This document shows, in pieces, positions 1-10,188 of a DNA stretch of 32,000 bases. The notes beneath the pieces are model-generated. The model was not told the origin of the DNA. It did not search any database and saw nothing but the letters and a program-made list of their open reading frames with translations. Source of the stretch: Aliivibrio fischeri ES114. GTDB taxonomy: Bacteria; Pseudomonadota; Gammaproteobacteria; Enterobacterales; Vibrionaceae. Location: assembly GCF_000011805.1 (NCBI RefSeq), contig NC_006840.2. The stretch is one strand, 5' to 3'. Numbering within the stretch: position 1 is the stretch's first letter; every line of letters begins with the position of its first letter. The position numbers were made by a program, and so were the translations under genes.

Positions 1-865
1 TTGGCTTTTCCCTCTATTTGCCACCCTATTTGGGTTGCTTGTTGGTAGTTTTTTAAATGTCGTAATTTATCGTTTACCCATCATGATGGAAAAGGAATGG
101 AAAAAAGACTGCATTGATTGCTTTCCAGATCTTGCCCCTAAAAAAACAAGTGAAGAAAAAGAAGAAACCTTTAACTTAAGTGTTCCTCGCTCTCGCTGCC
201 CAAAGTGTCAAACTCAAATTAAATTCTATGACAACATTCCTGTCATTAGCTGGCTTTTATTAAAAGGAAAATGTCGTCAATGCAGTAACCCTATCAGTTT
301 TCGATATCCTGCAATTGAACTACTATCAGGCGCAATGTGTTTTGCCGTTTCATACTTATTACCCTTCTCATATTTTGCTGTTGCTGCCGTTCTATTTACT
401 CTAGTTTTGATCGCATTAACCTTTATCGATATTGATACCATGTTACTGCCAGATCAAATCACCCTACCTCTACTATGGAGTGGTCTATACTTAGCTCTAG
501 TGGGTTGGAGTTCAGTGAGCTTAGTTGATTCTGTTGTTGGTGCAATGGCTGGCTATTTGATTTTATGGTCTATTTACTGGGGCTTTAAGCTGCTTACAGG
601 CAAAGAAGGCATGGGTTATGGTGATTTCAAATTACTGGCGGCTCTTGGAGCATGGCTTGGTTGGCAGCAGCTACCATTGATCATTCTATTATCTTCTGTT
701 GTCGGAGCAATCATTGGCGTCATCATGCTAACCGCTCAAAAGAAAGGGTTTGACAAAGCAATTCCCTTTGGTCCTTATTTAGCTATTGCTGGCTGGGTTT
801 GCCTATTATGGGGACAAAACATTAGCCAATGGTATTTTAATCACATTCTAGGTTTGCCACTATGA
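1..865 (+). CDS. pilD: Prepilin peptidase / N-methyltransferase PilD (5' end outside window)
   Basis: The reading frame is open from nt 2 ([26 protein letters not shown]...), so the ORF-track start at 35 (TTG) is internal. It has the paired CxxC motifs (RCPKCQ...KCRQCS) and a polytopic membrane C-terminal domain with GYGDFKL. Its stop overlaps the coaE start (ATGA at 862-865). Confidence 0.9.
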   Translation, partial: WLFPLFATLFGLLVGSFLNVVIYRLPIMMEKEWKKDCIDCFPDLAPKKTSEEKEETFNLSVPRSRCPKCQTQIKFYDNIPVISWLLLKGKCRQCSNPISFRYPAIELLSGAMCFAVSYLLPFSYFAVAAVLFTLVLIALTFIDIDTMLLPDQITLPLLWSGLYLALVGWSSVSLVDSVVGAMAGYLILWSIYWGFKLLTGKEGMGYGDFKLLAALGAWLGWQQLPLIILLSSVVGAIIGVIMLTAQKKGFDKAIPFGPYLAIAGWVCLLWGQNISQWYFNHILGLPL

Positions 866-1410
866 GTTATGTCGTAGCAATTACTGGTGGTATTGGTAGT
901 GGAAAAACTACCGTTGCCGATCGCTTTCAAGCACTCTATAACATCAATATTGTTGATGCTGATATTATTGCTCGTGAAGTTGTTAATCCAGGAACCGAAG
1001 GATTAATCCAAATAGAGCAACATTTTGGACCACAAATCTTACTGGACGATGGCCATTTAAATAGAGCGAAGTTGCGTGAGTGTATTTTTTCTGAACCTAG
1101 TGAAAAACAGTGGCTCAATGATTTATTACATCCATTGATCCGTTCAGAGATGCAACGTCAAATAGCTTTATCCACTTCAGAGTACACATTGCTTGTAGTG
1201 CCTCTTTTAGTTGAGAATAAGTTACAATATTTAGCAAATCGTGTACTTGTTGTTGATGTTTTGGAGCAAACTCAAATTAATCGCACTGTAAATCGTGATA
1301 AAGTAAATCATCAACAAGTTAAAGCAATTCTTGCTTCACAAGCATCAAGAGAAGAACGTTTAGCGGCTGCGGATGATATAATTAATAACGATCACAAAAT
1401 AATGACTTAG
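862..1410 (+). CDS. coaE: Dephospho-CoA kinase CoaE, apparently truncated at the C-terminus by a frame disruption (see findings)
   Basis: The N-terminus carries a P-loop ([18 protein letters not shown]) and is collinear with E. coli CoaE. The ORF stops at 182 aa, but the -1 frame continues to 1484 and encodes a CoaE-like tail (LLHEKYLLLS). Confidence 0.85.
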   Translation: MSYVVAITGGIGSGKTTVADRFQALYNINIVDADIIAREVVNPGTEGLIQIEQHFGPQILLDDGHLNRAKLRECIFSEPSEKQWLNDLLHPLIRSEMQRQIALSTSEYTLLVVPLLVENKLQYLANRVLVVDVLEQTQINRTVNRDKVNHQQVKAILASQASREERLAAADDIINNDHKIMT

Positions 1411-1489
1411 ATATGAAAATATCTCTGCTACATGAGAAATATCTGCTATTGTCTCTGGCATCTATAAATAAAGAGAATGAATAACGACT

Positions 1490-2236
1490 ATGAATGGATT
1501 GGGTATGCAAAAATTTGAACACCCTTTAAATGAAAGGACTCGAATTTATTTACGAATAGAATCTCTATTTCGTAAATTAGGGCATTCCGCTGATTTAACA
1601 CAACCATTTGAATACCAAGTTTTTTTCAGTTCTTTATTTAATATGCTTGATATCTTAGAACAGGTACAAGTAAAAGCAGAGCTAGGTAAAGATCTAGAAA
1701 AGCTTCGCTTACAATATCGAGCTTGGATGGACATTGAAGGCGTTGATCAATCAGCACTACTTTCTGTACTTGAACAGATCAGTCAGGTACATCAAAACTT
1801 AATGCAAACCACTCGCCCAGGTCACTCTTTAAAAGAGGATCGCTTCCTTTCTGCATTAAAACAACGCTTCTTTATTCCTGGTGGAGATTGCTGTTTTGAC
1901 TTACCAGCTCTACATCATTGGCTACATTTACCATTAGAAGTGCGCTGCCGTAATACGCATAATTGGATGGCACAGCTCCTTTCTCTTTCTGATGCATTAT
2001 CTTTATGGTTAAGACTAACTAGAGAAACAGCACGCTTTGAGCCTCAAATCGCTCGTAATGGATTCATGCAGAGTGAAATGGAAAATGCCAACTTACTTCG
2101 TCTGGAAATACCAATTGATCAAGGTGTTTATCCAATGATCTCTGGGCATAAAAGTCGTTTTGCGTTACGCTTTATGTCTTTTGAAACAAATAAGAATTGC
2201 GAAAAAGATATCGAGTTCACGCTTGCTGTCTGCTGA
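1490..2236 (+). CDS. zapD: Cell division protein ZapD (YacF)
   Basis: [19 protein letters not shown] matches the E. coli ZapD N-terminus (FEHPLNEKMRTWLRIEFL). Length is about 247 aa and the position is the conserved coaE-zapD-yacG one. The start could instead be the ATG at 1505. Confidence 0.85.
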   Translation: MNGLGMQKFEHPLNERTRIYLRIESLFRKLGHSADLTQPFEYQVFFSSLFNMLDILEQVQVKAELGKDLEKLRLQYRAWMDIEGVDQSALLSVLEQISQVHQNLMQTTRPGHSLKEDRFLSALKQRFFIPGGDCCFDLPALHHWLHLPLEVRCRNTHNWMAQLLSLSDALSLWLRLTRETARFEPQIARNGFMQSEMENANLLRLEIPIDQGVYPMISGHKSRFALRFMSFETNKNCEKDIEFTLAVC

Positions 2237-2243
2237 GGAAACT

Positions 2244-2453
2244 ATGACAAAACCAACGACAGAGCAACCAACTACAGTTAAATGTCCAACATGTCAGTCT
2301 GCTGTTATTTGGAATGCTGAAAGCCCATTTCGTCCATTTTGTAGTAAAAAATGCCAAATGATTGATTTTGGTGAATGGGCTGATGAAGAAAAATCGATTC
2401 CGGGGGCTCCCGATATGTCAGACTCTGATGGTTGGTCTGAAGATCAATACTAA
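2244..2453 (+). CDS. yacG: DNA gyrase inhibitor YacG (zinc-binding)
   Basis: A 69-aa protein with CPTCQ...[18 protein letters not shown], the YacG zinc-ribbon signature. The ATG at 2244 is preferred over the ORF-track start at 2160, which overlaps zapD. Confidence 0.85.
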   Translation: MTKPTTEQPTTVKCPTCQSAVIWNAESPFRPFCSKKCQMIDFGEWADEEKSIPGAPDMSDSDGWSEDQY

Positions 2454-2467
2454 TACCGATTCCAAAT

Positions 2468-2497
2468 AAAAAAGCGATCATCATGATCGCTTTTTTT
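2468..2497. terminator. Bidirectional rho-independent terminator between convergent yacG and mutT
   Basis: A-run at 2468-2473, palindromic stem gcgatc...gatcgc at 2474-2490, T-run at 2491-2497. Confidence 0.7.
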
Positions 2498-2522
2498 GTA
2501 CCTATTATATGAAGTCAGAGAA

Positions 2523-2924
2523 TTATGAACTAAATTGCTCTACGACTTTATTTAATACAGGTACATTCGCTTCAGGAAACTCATACTCTTTAAGCGAGGA
2601 AATAGATACCCACAAACCTTCTTGCCCTTCTTTACCATAAGGTTGGTTATCAAACTGAGTTACCGTAAAAAAATCAAAATAAAGCGATTTATCAGGATAG
2701 TCATGAGATAAAGATTCAAATATATCGAGCTCAGTTGAGTTAATACCAATCTCTTCATTCAACTCTCTTATCAGAGCTTGTTCTGCACTTTCTCCTGCTT
2801 CAACTTTACCTCCAGGAAACTCCCAAAAGCCTCCTTTATGTACTTTATCTGGACGTTTAGTAATAAAGACTTGGCTCTTTTCTGCATTTAAAATGATTGC
2901 AGCAACTATATGTAATCGTTTCAT
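2523..2924 (-). CDS. mutT: 8-oxo-dGTP diphosphatase MutT (Nudix hydrolase)
   Basis: Nudix box GGKVEAGESAEQALIRELNEEIGI, 133 aa, collinear with E. coli MutT, and immediately downstream of secA as in E. coli. Confidence 0.8.
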   Translation of the reverse strand: MKRLHIVAAIILNAEKSQVFITKRPDKVHKGGFWEFPGGKVEAGESAEQALIRELNEEIGINSTELDIFESLSHDYPDKSLYFDFFTVTQFDNQPYGKEGQEGLWVSISSLKEYEFPEANVPVLNKVVEQFSS

Positions 2925-2957
2925 GTATAACCTTTTCTATATCCATATCACGCTTAT

Positions 2958-2986
2958 AAAAAAGCCGCTAAATGATAGCGGCTTTT
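2958..2986 (-). terminator. Rho-independent terminator downstream of secA
   Basis: Stem agccgcta (2963-2970) / tagcggct (2976-2983) with loop aatga. On the minus strand it is followed by TTTTTT (complement of the A-run 2958-2963). Confidence 0.7.
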
Positions 2987-3015
2987 ATTTTTCAATTAAG
3001 AACAATAAGTATCAA

Positions 3016-5739
3016 CTAGATCTTACCGTGACATTGTTTGTATTTCTTACCTGAACCACATGGGCAAGGTTCATTACGACCCACTTTACGTTCTTCACGA
3101 ACCATTGGAGAATGAGCTTCTTCTGCACCTTCGCCATCATCTAGCTGATTTTCAGCATTTTGATGTTGTAGCTGTTGACGTCGAGCGGCTTCTTCAGCTT
3201 GTAAACGACGTTGCTCTTCCATACGCTCTACATCTTCTTGCTGTTGAACTCGAACTTTACTTAAGATCGAAACAACATCAAATTTTAACGTATCAAGTAA
3301 ACCTTCAAACAACTCAAACGACTCACGCTTGTACTCTTGTTTCGGGTTTTTCTGAGCATAACCACGCAAGTGAATACCTTGACGTAAGTGATCCATTGCA
3401 GCTAAGTGCTCTTTCCATAGGCCATCAAGTGTTTGTAGCATAACCGCTTTTTCAAAGTTACGTAGAACTGATTCGCCAACAGACTCTTCTTTCTCTTTGT
3501 AAACTTGTACAGCAGCTTCGATGATTTTTTCACGTAGGTTATCTTCATGAAGTTTATCATCGTTATCTAGCCACTCTTGAAGTGGAAGATCCAAATCAAA
3601 ATCAGCACGTAGACGAATCGTTAGTCCTTCAACATCCCACATTTCTTCTAAAGATTGAGGTGGAATGTATTGACCAAATAGACCTTCAAGAACTTCTTGA
3701 CGGTTGTAACCAATCATTTCGCTGATATCATCAACATTCATTAACTCGTCACGCAGTTCATAAACAACTTTACGCTGATCATTTGCTACATCATCGTATT
3801 CAAGCAATTGCTTACGAATATCAAAGTTACGACCTTCAACTTTACGTTGTGCATTTTCAATCGCTTTAGTTACCCATGGGTGTTCGATTGCTTCACCTTC
3901 TTCCATACCTAACTTCTTCATCATGCCTGATACACGATCCGAAGCAAAGATACGCATTAGTGCATCTTCCATTGATAGGTAGAAACGAGAAGAACCAGCA
4001 TCACCTTGACGACCAGCACGACCACGTAATTGGTTATCAATACGGCGAGATTCATGGCGCTCAGTACCGATAATATGTAAACCACCAGAAGCAAGAACAG
4101 CATCATGTGCTTCTTTCCATTTCGCTTTTACTGCTTGGATTTGCTCTTCTGTTGGATCTGATAGTTTAGCAACATCTGCCTGCCAACTACCGCCTAACAC
4201 GATATCTGTACCACGACCAGCCATGTTAGTTGCGATAGTTACAGCGCTTGCAGTACCTGCATTAGCAACGATATCGGCTTCTTGTTCGTGGAATTTCGCA
4301 TTAAGTACGTTATGTTTAATTTTTGCTTTTTTCAGTGCATTTGAAAGCAATTCTGATTTTTCAATCGAAACCGTACCAACAAGAACCGGTTGGCCACGCT
4401 CAGAACAGCCCTTAATGTCTTCAATGATAGCCGCAAATTTTTCTGCTTCTGTCATATAAACTAAATCACCCATGTCATTACGAGCCATTGGGCGGTTAGT
4501 TGGAATAACAACCGTATCTAAACCATAGATTGATTGGAATTCAAATGCTTCTGTGTCCGCAGTACCTGTCATACCTGACAGTTTGTCATATAAACGGAAG
4601 AAGTTTTGGAATGTAATAGAAGCCAATGTTTGGTTTTCGTTCTGAATCTTAACACCTTCTTTTGCCTCAACAGCTTGGTGTAAACCTTCAGACCAACGAC
4701 GACCAGGCATTGTACGACCTGTATGCTCATCAACAATGATTACTTCATCATCTTTTACAATGTAATCGACATCTTTTTCAAATAACACATGCGCACGTAA
4801 AGCAGCATTAATATGATGAAGCAGGCTAATATTTGCAGGAGAATACAACGTATCATCTTCTTCCATTAAGCCAGCATCTTTAAGCAGTTGCTCAACAAAC
4901 TCTTGACCGTTTTCGGTTAAGTGCGTTTGTTTGCCTTTTTCATCTAGTGTGTAGTGACCTTCACCACGGTATTCTTCACTGTCTTCTTCGTCTTGCTTAA
5001 CAAGTTGAGGGATAAGAGTGTTGATACGGATATACAGTTCAGAACTATCTTCAGCAGGGCCAGAAATAATTAGAGGAGTACGAGCTTCATCGATTAAGAT
5101 TGAATCCACTTCATCGACTACCGCAAAATAACGCTCACGTTGAACACGATCTTCCGCACGGAAAGCCATATTGTCACGTAGGTAATCAAAACCAAATTCG
5201 TTGTTTGTGCCGTATAGAATGTCACATAAGTAAGCTTGTTTTTTCTCTTGAGGTGGCATGTTTGGAACGTTTACACCAACAGTCATGCCTAAGAATTCAA
5301 ATAACTCACGGTTTGTTTCAGCATCACGCTTAGCTAAGTAGTCATTCACGGTAACAACGTGAACACCTTTACCAGTTAATGCATTCAAATAACATGGCAA
5401 TGTTGCTGTTAGTGTTTTACCTTCACCTGTACGCATCTCTGCGATTTGGCTATCGTTTAGTACCATACCGCCAATCATTTGAACATCAAAGTGACGCATA
5501 CCATATAAACGCTTAGATGCTTCACGTACTGTAGCAAATGCTTCTGGAAGTAAACTGTCTAAATCTTCACCTTGCTCTAAACGTGCACGGAACTCGATTG
5601 TTTTCGCTTTTAATTCTTCATCTTGTAGTGATTCGAATTGTGGTTCAAGTTTATTAATTTGGTCTACGATTTTACGTAGCTTACGTAATGTACGATCATT
5701 ACGGCTACCAATAACTTTAGTTAGAATTTTAGAAAACAT
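3016..5739 (-). CDS. secA: Preprotein translocase ATPase SecA
   Basis: 907 aa. N-terminus [21 protein letters not shown], Walker [14 protein letters not shown]-like [20 protein letters not shown], and a C-terminal zinc-binding tail [14 protein letters not shown]. Confidence 0.97.
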   Translation of the reverse strand: MFSKILTKVIGSRNDRTLRKLRKIVDQINKLEPQFESLQDEELKAKTIEFRARLEQGEDLDSLLPEAFATVREASKRLYGMRHFDVQMIGGMVLNDSQIAEMRTGEGKTLTATLPCYLNALTGKGVHVVTVNDYLAKRDAETNRELFEFLGMTVGVNVPNMPPQEKKQAYLCDILYGTNNEFGFDYLRDNMAFRAEDRVQRERYFAVVDEVDSILIDEARTPLIISGPAEDSSELYIRINTLIPQLVKQDEEDSEEYRGEGHYTLDEKGKQTHLTENGQEFVEQLLKDAGLMEEDDTLYSPANISLLHHINAALRAHVLFEKDVDYIVKDDEVIIVDEHTGRTMPGRRWSEGLHQAVEAKEGVKIQNENQTLASITFQNFFRLYDKLSGMTGTADTEAFEFQSIYGLDTVVIPTNRPMARNDMGDLVYMTEAEKFAAIIEDIKGCSERGQPVLVGTVSIEKSELLSNALKKAKIKHNVLNAKFHEQEADIVANAGTASAVTIATNMAGRGTDIVLGGSWQADVAKLSDPTEEQIQAVKAKWKEAHDAVLASGGLHIIGTERHESRRIDNQLRGRAGRQGDAGSSRFYLSMEDALMRIFASDRVSGMMKKLGMEEGEAIEHPWVTKAIENAQRKVEGRNFDIRKQLLEYDDVANDQRKVVYELRDELMNVDDISEMIGYNRQEVLEGLFGQYIPPQSLEEMWDVEGLTIRLRADFDLDLPLQEWLDNDDKLHEDNLREKIIEAAVQVYKEKEESVGESVLRNFEKAVMLQTLDGLWKEHLAAMDHLRQGIHLRGYAQKNPKQEYKRESFELFEGLLDTLKFDVVSILSKVRVQQQEDVERMEEQRRLQAEEAARRQQLQHQNAENQLDDGEGAEEAHSPMVREERKVGRNEPCPCGSGKKYKQCHGKI

Positions 5740-6071
5740 GATTCCGTTGCTTCTCTTTATCTCTTGATCATTAATGATCTGGTTTAATCTGAAATGTGAA
5801 TCAATCGCCTAGAGTTTACTCTAAGAAAAATACTTCTTTTATATACTTACCTTATGGGGATGAGGCTTTGATTTTTCAAGGCCACATTAGATAGTTGTGT
5901 TGCTTGTCATCATAAGTAATAATTAAGAAAGTATAAGCGATAACGTGAAGCAATCCTAAGGTAAATCTGTAGAGTTTGATTTCAATTCTGAAAAATTCAG
6001 ATCTAATTGGCATTTATTACTTTTTCTTTAGTACTCACCACCAAATAACGCACGATTTATAAGAGTTTTTA

Positions 6072-6542
6072 GTGATGCGAGACCATAGACCACAACCGGC
6101 AAACGATTTTTTCAATAATACTCGTTTTAAAGATCTGCAAGAAAAAGCGATCATTTTGTCAAAGCTATCTCATGTACTTGAAGATGCACTGCCTACAGGC
6201 TGTGAAAATCATTGCCGTGTGGCAAATTATCGCCAAGGATCATTGGTGATCGAGGTATCAAGTAGTGTTTGGGCAACAAGAATTAATTACGAAAGACTAA
6301 CTTTGTTGTCTGTTTTTCGTAAGCATGGCTTACCTGGTCTTTCTAACTTAGAAGTAAAGATCAACCCTGATCTTGCTCGATCTTTTGTCGGTGAAAAACC
6401 TGCCGTTTATAAATCAGAGAAACAAGCAAAACGTGAGCTATCTGCTGCGGCCGCAAGTGCATTAGAGATGGTAGCAGAAACAGCATCTCCTAAATTAAAA
6501 AAGCGTTTAGAAAGTCTCGCTGCATTAGCAAATAGAAAGTAA
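6072..6542 (+). CDS. DUF721 / DciA-family protein (putative replicative-helicase loader)
   Basis: A 156-aa ORF (GTG at 6072, or ATG at 6075). The core CRVANYRQGSLVIEVSSSVWATRINYERLTLLSVFRK...LEVKINP fits the DUF721 pattern as I recall it (x-L-x-v-x-v-ss-aWa-x-eL). It sits between lpxC and secA. The call rests on motif recall and synteny, not on a search. Confidence 0.55.
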   Translation: MMRDHRPQPANDFFNNTRFKDLQEKAIILSKLSHVLEDALPTGCENHCRVANYRQGSLVIEVSSSVWATRINYERLTLLSVFRKHGLPGLSNLEVKINPDLARSFVGEKPAVYKSEKQAKRELSAAAASALEMVAETASPKLKKRLESLAALANRK

Positions 6543-6570
6543 GAAGTAGAACTAAGAAAATATTAGATAC

Positions 6571-6600
6571 AAAAAAGCCAAGCATTCGCTTGGCTTTTTT
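6571..6600. terminator. Bidirectional rho-independent terminator between the convergent DUF721 gene and lpxC
   Basis: A-run at 6571-6576, stem agccaagc (6576-6583) / gcttggct (6588-6595) with loop attc, T-run at 6595-6600. Confidence 0.75.
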
Positions 6601-6618
6601 AATTTGATGATGTGTTAC

Positions 6619-7536
6619 TTACGCAAGTACCATTCCTGGTTGCATAAATGCAACTGGAGACTCTTGCTCATCCTCAATGGTCGTCCACTCCCATGCTTCT
6701 TGATCTGCAAGAACTGCACGAAGTAGCTGATTATTCAAAGCGTGACCTGATTTGTATGCACGAAGTTCACCTAGAATACTATGACCTGACATATATAGGT
6801 CACCAACAGCATCTAGAACTTTATGCGTTACAAATTCATTATCAAAGCGTAAACCGTCTTCATTTAGGATTCGGTAATCATCAAGTACGATTGCACAATC
6901 AAAGCTACCACCTAAACATAGGTTTTGCGATTGTAAGTACTCGATATCACGCATAAACCCAAAAGTACGAGCTCGTGAAATATCTTTGATAAACGATTGG
7001 CTTGAAAAATCAAACACTAACTTTTGGTCATCTGATTCAATCGCAGGGTGATTAAAGTCAATAGTGAAATCTAAACGGAAACCGTTGTAAGGACGAATTT
7101 CAGCCCACTTATCACCATCTTCTATGCGAACAGGTTTCTTAATACGAATGAATTTCTTCGCTGTATTAAGTTCTTCAATACCTGCAGATTGTAAAAGATA
7201 TACAAAAGGACTTGCACTGCCATCCATAATTGGAATTTCAGGAGCATCAACCTCGATAACAACGTTATCAATGCCCATGCCTGCTAAAGCAGCATTCAAG
7301 TGCTCAACCGTTGAGATACGTACGCCTTCATCATTAACTAACGCTGTACATAGCATCGTGTCACGAACTGACTCTGGATCCGCAGGGAAATCAACTGGCG
7401 GATTAAGGTCTGTACGACGATAAATCACACCTGTGTTCGCAGCTGCTGGACGAAGAGTAAGCGTAACTTTACGGCCTGAGTGTAAACCCACGCCTGTCAT
7501 TTGTACGATACTTTTCAGTGTACGTTGTCTGATCAT
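6619..7536 (-). CDS. lpxC: UDP-3-O-acyl-N-acetylglucosamine deacetylase LpxC
   Basis: 305 aa, [31 protein letters not shown]..., near-identical in architecture to E. coli LpxC, and downstream of ftsZ as in E. coli. Confidence 0.97.
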   Translation of the reverse strand: MIRQRTLKSIVQMTGVGLHSGRKVTLTLRPAAANTGVIYRRTDLNPPVDFPADPESVRDTMLCTALVNDEGVRISTVEHLNAALAGMGIDNVVIEVDAPEIPIMDGSASPFVYLLQSAGIEELNTAKKFIRIKKPVRIEDGDKWAEIRPYNGFRLDFTIDFNHPAIESDDQKLVFDFSSQSFIKDISRARTFGFMRDIEYLQSQNLCLGGSFDCAIVLDDYRILNEDGLRFDNEFVTHKVLDAVGDLYMSGHSILGELRAYKSGHALNNQLLRAVLADQEAWEWTTIEDEQESPVAFMQPGMVLA

Positions 7537-7641
7537 ATGCTCATCTCAACTATAAATATGCTTAATTTCAAACCAATTCTAAGAACTGGTCTGACATTCT
7601 AGCACACAATTTTTCATAAAACCAAATCGTTTGATGATTAA

Positions 7642-8892
7642 TTAGTCAGCTTGGCGTCGTAAAAACGCTGGGATATCTAAATAATCTTCTTTCTGATCTG
7701 GCTTAGCTTGTGCCGCACCCGCATTCTGAACACCAGCCGCTGGTGATGTAGATGGCGCAGATGGCTGTGCTGCTGGTTTAGTTACTTGCACGTTTTGTGC
7801 CGCTTTTTCAACCACAGGTTCAACTGGAGCTTCAACTTTTGGTTTTACTTGTGCTTGAACCGCAGGTTGCGCTGCTGGAGCCGATTGAGCAGGAGCCGCT
7901 GCTTTATTCGTCACTAACGTGATTTCAGGCTTTTTTTCAGTACCGATACCTGTAGCAACAACCGTTACGCGAATTTCGTCACTCATATCAGGATCAAGAG
8001 AAGTACCAATAACAACCGTTGCGTTATCTGATGCAAATGCTTTCACTGTATTACCAACAGTTTCAAATTCATCAAGACGCATATCTAAACCTGCAGTGAT
8101 GTTAACAAGAACACCACGAGCACCAGCAAGATCGATATCTTCAAGTAACGGACTTGAAATCGCTTCTTCTGCTGCTTGTTCTGCACGATCTTCGCCTACT
8201 GCGATACCGCTACCCATCATTGCATGTCCCATTTCAGACATAACTGTACGAACATCGGCGAAATCGACGTTGATCATACCAGGACGAGTAATAAGTTCTG
8301 CGATACCTTGAACAGCATTACGAAGAACATCATTCGCTTTTGCAAATGCTTCTAATAACGTAATACCACGGCCAAGAACTTTTAATAATTTTTCGTTTGG
8401 AATCGTAATTAATGAGTCAACATGTTTTGATAACTCTTCGATACCTTGCTCAGCAAAAGCAAGACGCTTACGACCTTCAAAGCTAAATGGTTTTGTAACC
8501 ACAGCAACTGTTAGAATATTTAATTCTTTAGCAACTTCAGCAATAATAGGAGCTGCACCAGTACCTGTACCGCCGCCCATACCAGCTGCGATAAATACCA
8601 TATCAGCGCCCGCTAACACTTCTTTCAGTGCTTCACGGTCTTCTAGAGCTGCATCACGGCCTACTTGCGGGTTTGCACCAGCACCTAATCCTTTAGTGAT
8701 GTCGCCACCAATTTGAATAACGGTGTTCACGCTCGTTTTACGAAGCGCTTGTGCATCAGTATTTACACTGATGAACTCAACGCCTTCAATTGATTCTCGT
8801 ACCATGTGCTCGATAGCATTACCGCCACCGCCACCTACACCAACAACTTTAATTACTGCGTCGTCGGACATTTCCATCATCGGCTCAAACAT
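7642..8892 (-). CDS. ftsZ: Cell division GTPase FtsZ
   Basis: Tubulin signature [11 protein letters not shown]-terminus [14 protein letters not shown], and C-terminal conserved peptide [14 protein letters not shown]. Its 416 aa reflects a long linker. Confidence 0.97.
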   Translation of the reverse strand: MFEPMMEMSDDAVIKVVGVGGGGGNAIEHMVRESIEGVEFISVNTDAQALRKTSVNTVIQIGGDITKGLGAGANPQVGRDAALEDREALKEVLAGADMVFIAAGMGGGTGTGAAPIIAEVAKELNILTVAVVTKPFSFEGRKRLAFAEQGIEELSKHVDSLITIPNEKLLKVLGRGITLLEAFAKANDVLRNAVQGIAELITRPGMINVDFADVRTVMSEMGHAMMGSGIAVGEDRAEQAAEEAISSPLLEDIDLAGARGVLVNITAGLDMRLDEFETVGNTVKAFASDNATVVIGTSLDPDMSDEIRVTVVATGIGTEKKPEITLVTNKAAAPAQSAPAAQPAVQAQVKPKVEAPVEPVVEKAAQNVQVTKPAAQPSAPSTSPAAGVQNAGAAQAKPDQKEDYLDIPAFLRRQAD

Positions 8893-8924
8893 TTGTTCTC
8901 TCCGTTTCTTCCTGTTCGCTCAGG

Positions 8925-10187
8925 TTAAAACTCTTTTAGTATCCAATTTTTAAATTTCTTTATTACGGTAGTAAAAGATTGGCTCTTACTTGGCACATAA
9001 TCTTCATCGTCATGTAGCTGACTTTCTTTACCGTAATGTAAAAGCCCTACAGCTGTTGCTTGATAAGGTTCTTTTACGTAATCTGTTAGGCCTGTCACCT
9101 CTAAAGGTTGACCAATTCTAACTTGAGTTTGGAACACACGCTCAGCGCAGTCAACCAAACCTTCAATCTGTGACCCACCACCAGTCAATACAATACCAGC
9201 AGCAAGATGATGTTTTGTACCTTCAGCGCGTAATTGGTCTTGAATTGAGACAATTCGCTGATTTACAAGACCAAGCAGTTCAGAATACCTTGGTTCGATA
9301 ACTTCTGCTAGCATTCTTCGCTGTAAACTTCGAGATGGACGTCCGCCAACACTTGGAACATTGACCGTTTCATCTCGATTAATATGCTCACTTATCGCAC
9401 AACCATATTTTACTTTTAATTTTTCAGCATCGTTAAATGGCGTACCAAAAGCATAAGCTATATCACTTGTTACTGCATTTCCGGCATAAGGTAATACTTC
9501 AGCATGGCGTAATGAACCGTCAGTCCAAATTGCGATATCCATTGTGCCAGCACCGATATCAACAACACAAACACCTAAATCACGCTCATCTTCTGTAATA
9601 ACTGCATTACTTGAAGCTAAGCCAGAAAAAATAATATGTTCAACTTTTAAACCACAACGTTCTACCGCTTTCACTATATTACGTGCCATATCATTATGGC
9701 AGGTAATAAGATGAACGCTAACTTCCATTCTCATTCCTGATAACCCAATAGGGTTTCTGATCCCTTTTTGAACATCAATAGAGAATTCTTGTGGAATTAC
9801 ATGCAATGTACGCTGTTCATCACCTATCTTAACAGATTTTGCAGTATGAATAACGCTATCCATGTCATCTTGAGTCACTTCTTCTTCAGAAATTGACCCC
9901 ATACCTTTCTCGATTTGGCTAGCAATATGTTTGCCAGAAAGAGAGATAAACACTGATGTAATGGTACATTCAGCCATCAATTCAGCTTGATCAATCGCTC
10001 TTTGAACCGATTTTACAACCGATTCTAGGTCGTTTACACCACCTTTATCCATACCACGAGATGGACATGAACCAGAGCCGATAACACTCACTTGGCCATC
10101 AGGTAAAACTTCGCCAACTAACGCTGAAACTTTGTTTGTACCAATGTCTAAACCAACAATAATACTGCCTTCTGGCGTTTTACTCAT
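8925..10187 (-). CDS. ftsA: Cell division protein FtsA
   Basis: 420 aa, actin-like ATPase motifs (VGLDIGT, VVDIGAGTMDIA), and a C-terminal amphipathic helix ...KKFKNWILKEF. Confidence 0.97.
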   Translation of the reverse strand: MSKTPEGSIIVGLDIGTNKVSALVGEVLPDGQVSVIGSGSCPSRGMDKGGVNDLESVVKSVQRAIDQAELMAECTITSVFISLSGKHIASQIEKGMGSISEEEVTQDDMDSVIHTAKSVKIGDEQRTLHVIPQEFSIDVQKGIRNPIGLSGMRMEVSVHLITCHNDMARNIVKAVERCGLKVEHIIFSGLASSNAVITEDERDLGVCVVDIGAGTMDIAIWTDGSLRHAEVLPYAGNAVTSDIAYAFGTPFNDAEKLKVKYGCAISEHINRDETVNVPSVGGRPSRSLQRRMLAEVIEPRYSELLGLVNQRIVSIQDQLRAEGTKHHLAAGIVLTGGGSQIEGLVDCAERVFQTQVRIGQPLEVTGLTDYVKEPYQATAVGLLHYGKESQLHDDEDYVPSKSQSFTTVIKKFKNWILKEF

Positions 10188-10188
10188 G

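Noticed and set aside
936-1118. 60-aa minus-strand ORF inside coaE, and 1546-1734 inside zapD
   Set aside because: Short antisense shadows within supported + strand genes, with no motifs.
2160-2243. Upstream extension of the yacG ORF (ORF-track start at 2160)
   Set aside because: The extension overlaps the zapD 3' end in another frame and has no counterpart in YacG proteins (~65 aa). The ATG at 2244 gives the canonical size.
3060-3443. 127-aa + strand ORF, plus similar ORFs at 3876-4073, 4223-4459 and 5100-5333, inside secA
   Set aside because: These are antisense shadow ORFs within the confidently identified secA coding sequence. The translations are low-complexity with no recognisable motifs and no start context.
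7919-8311. 130-aa + strand ORF, plus 8723-8953, antisense to ftsZ
   Set aside because: A shadow frame of a highly conserved gene. Its Ser/Pro/Thr/Ala-rich translation is typical of the antisense of Gly/Ala/Val-rich FtsZ codons.
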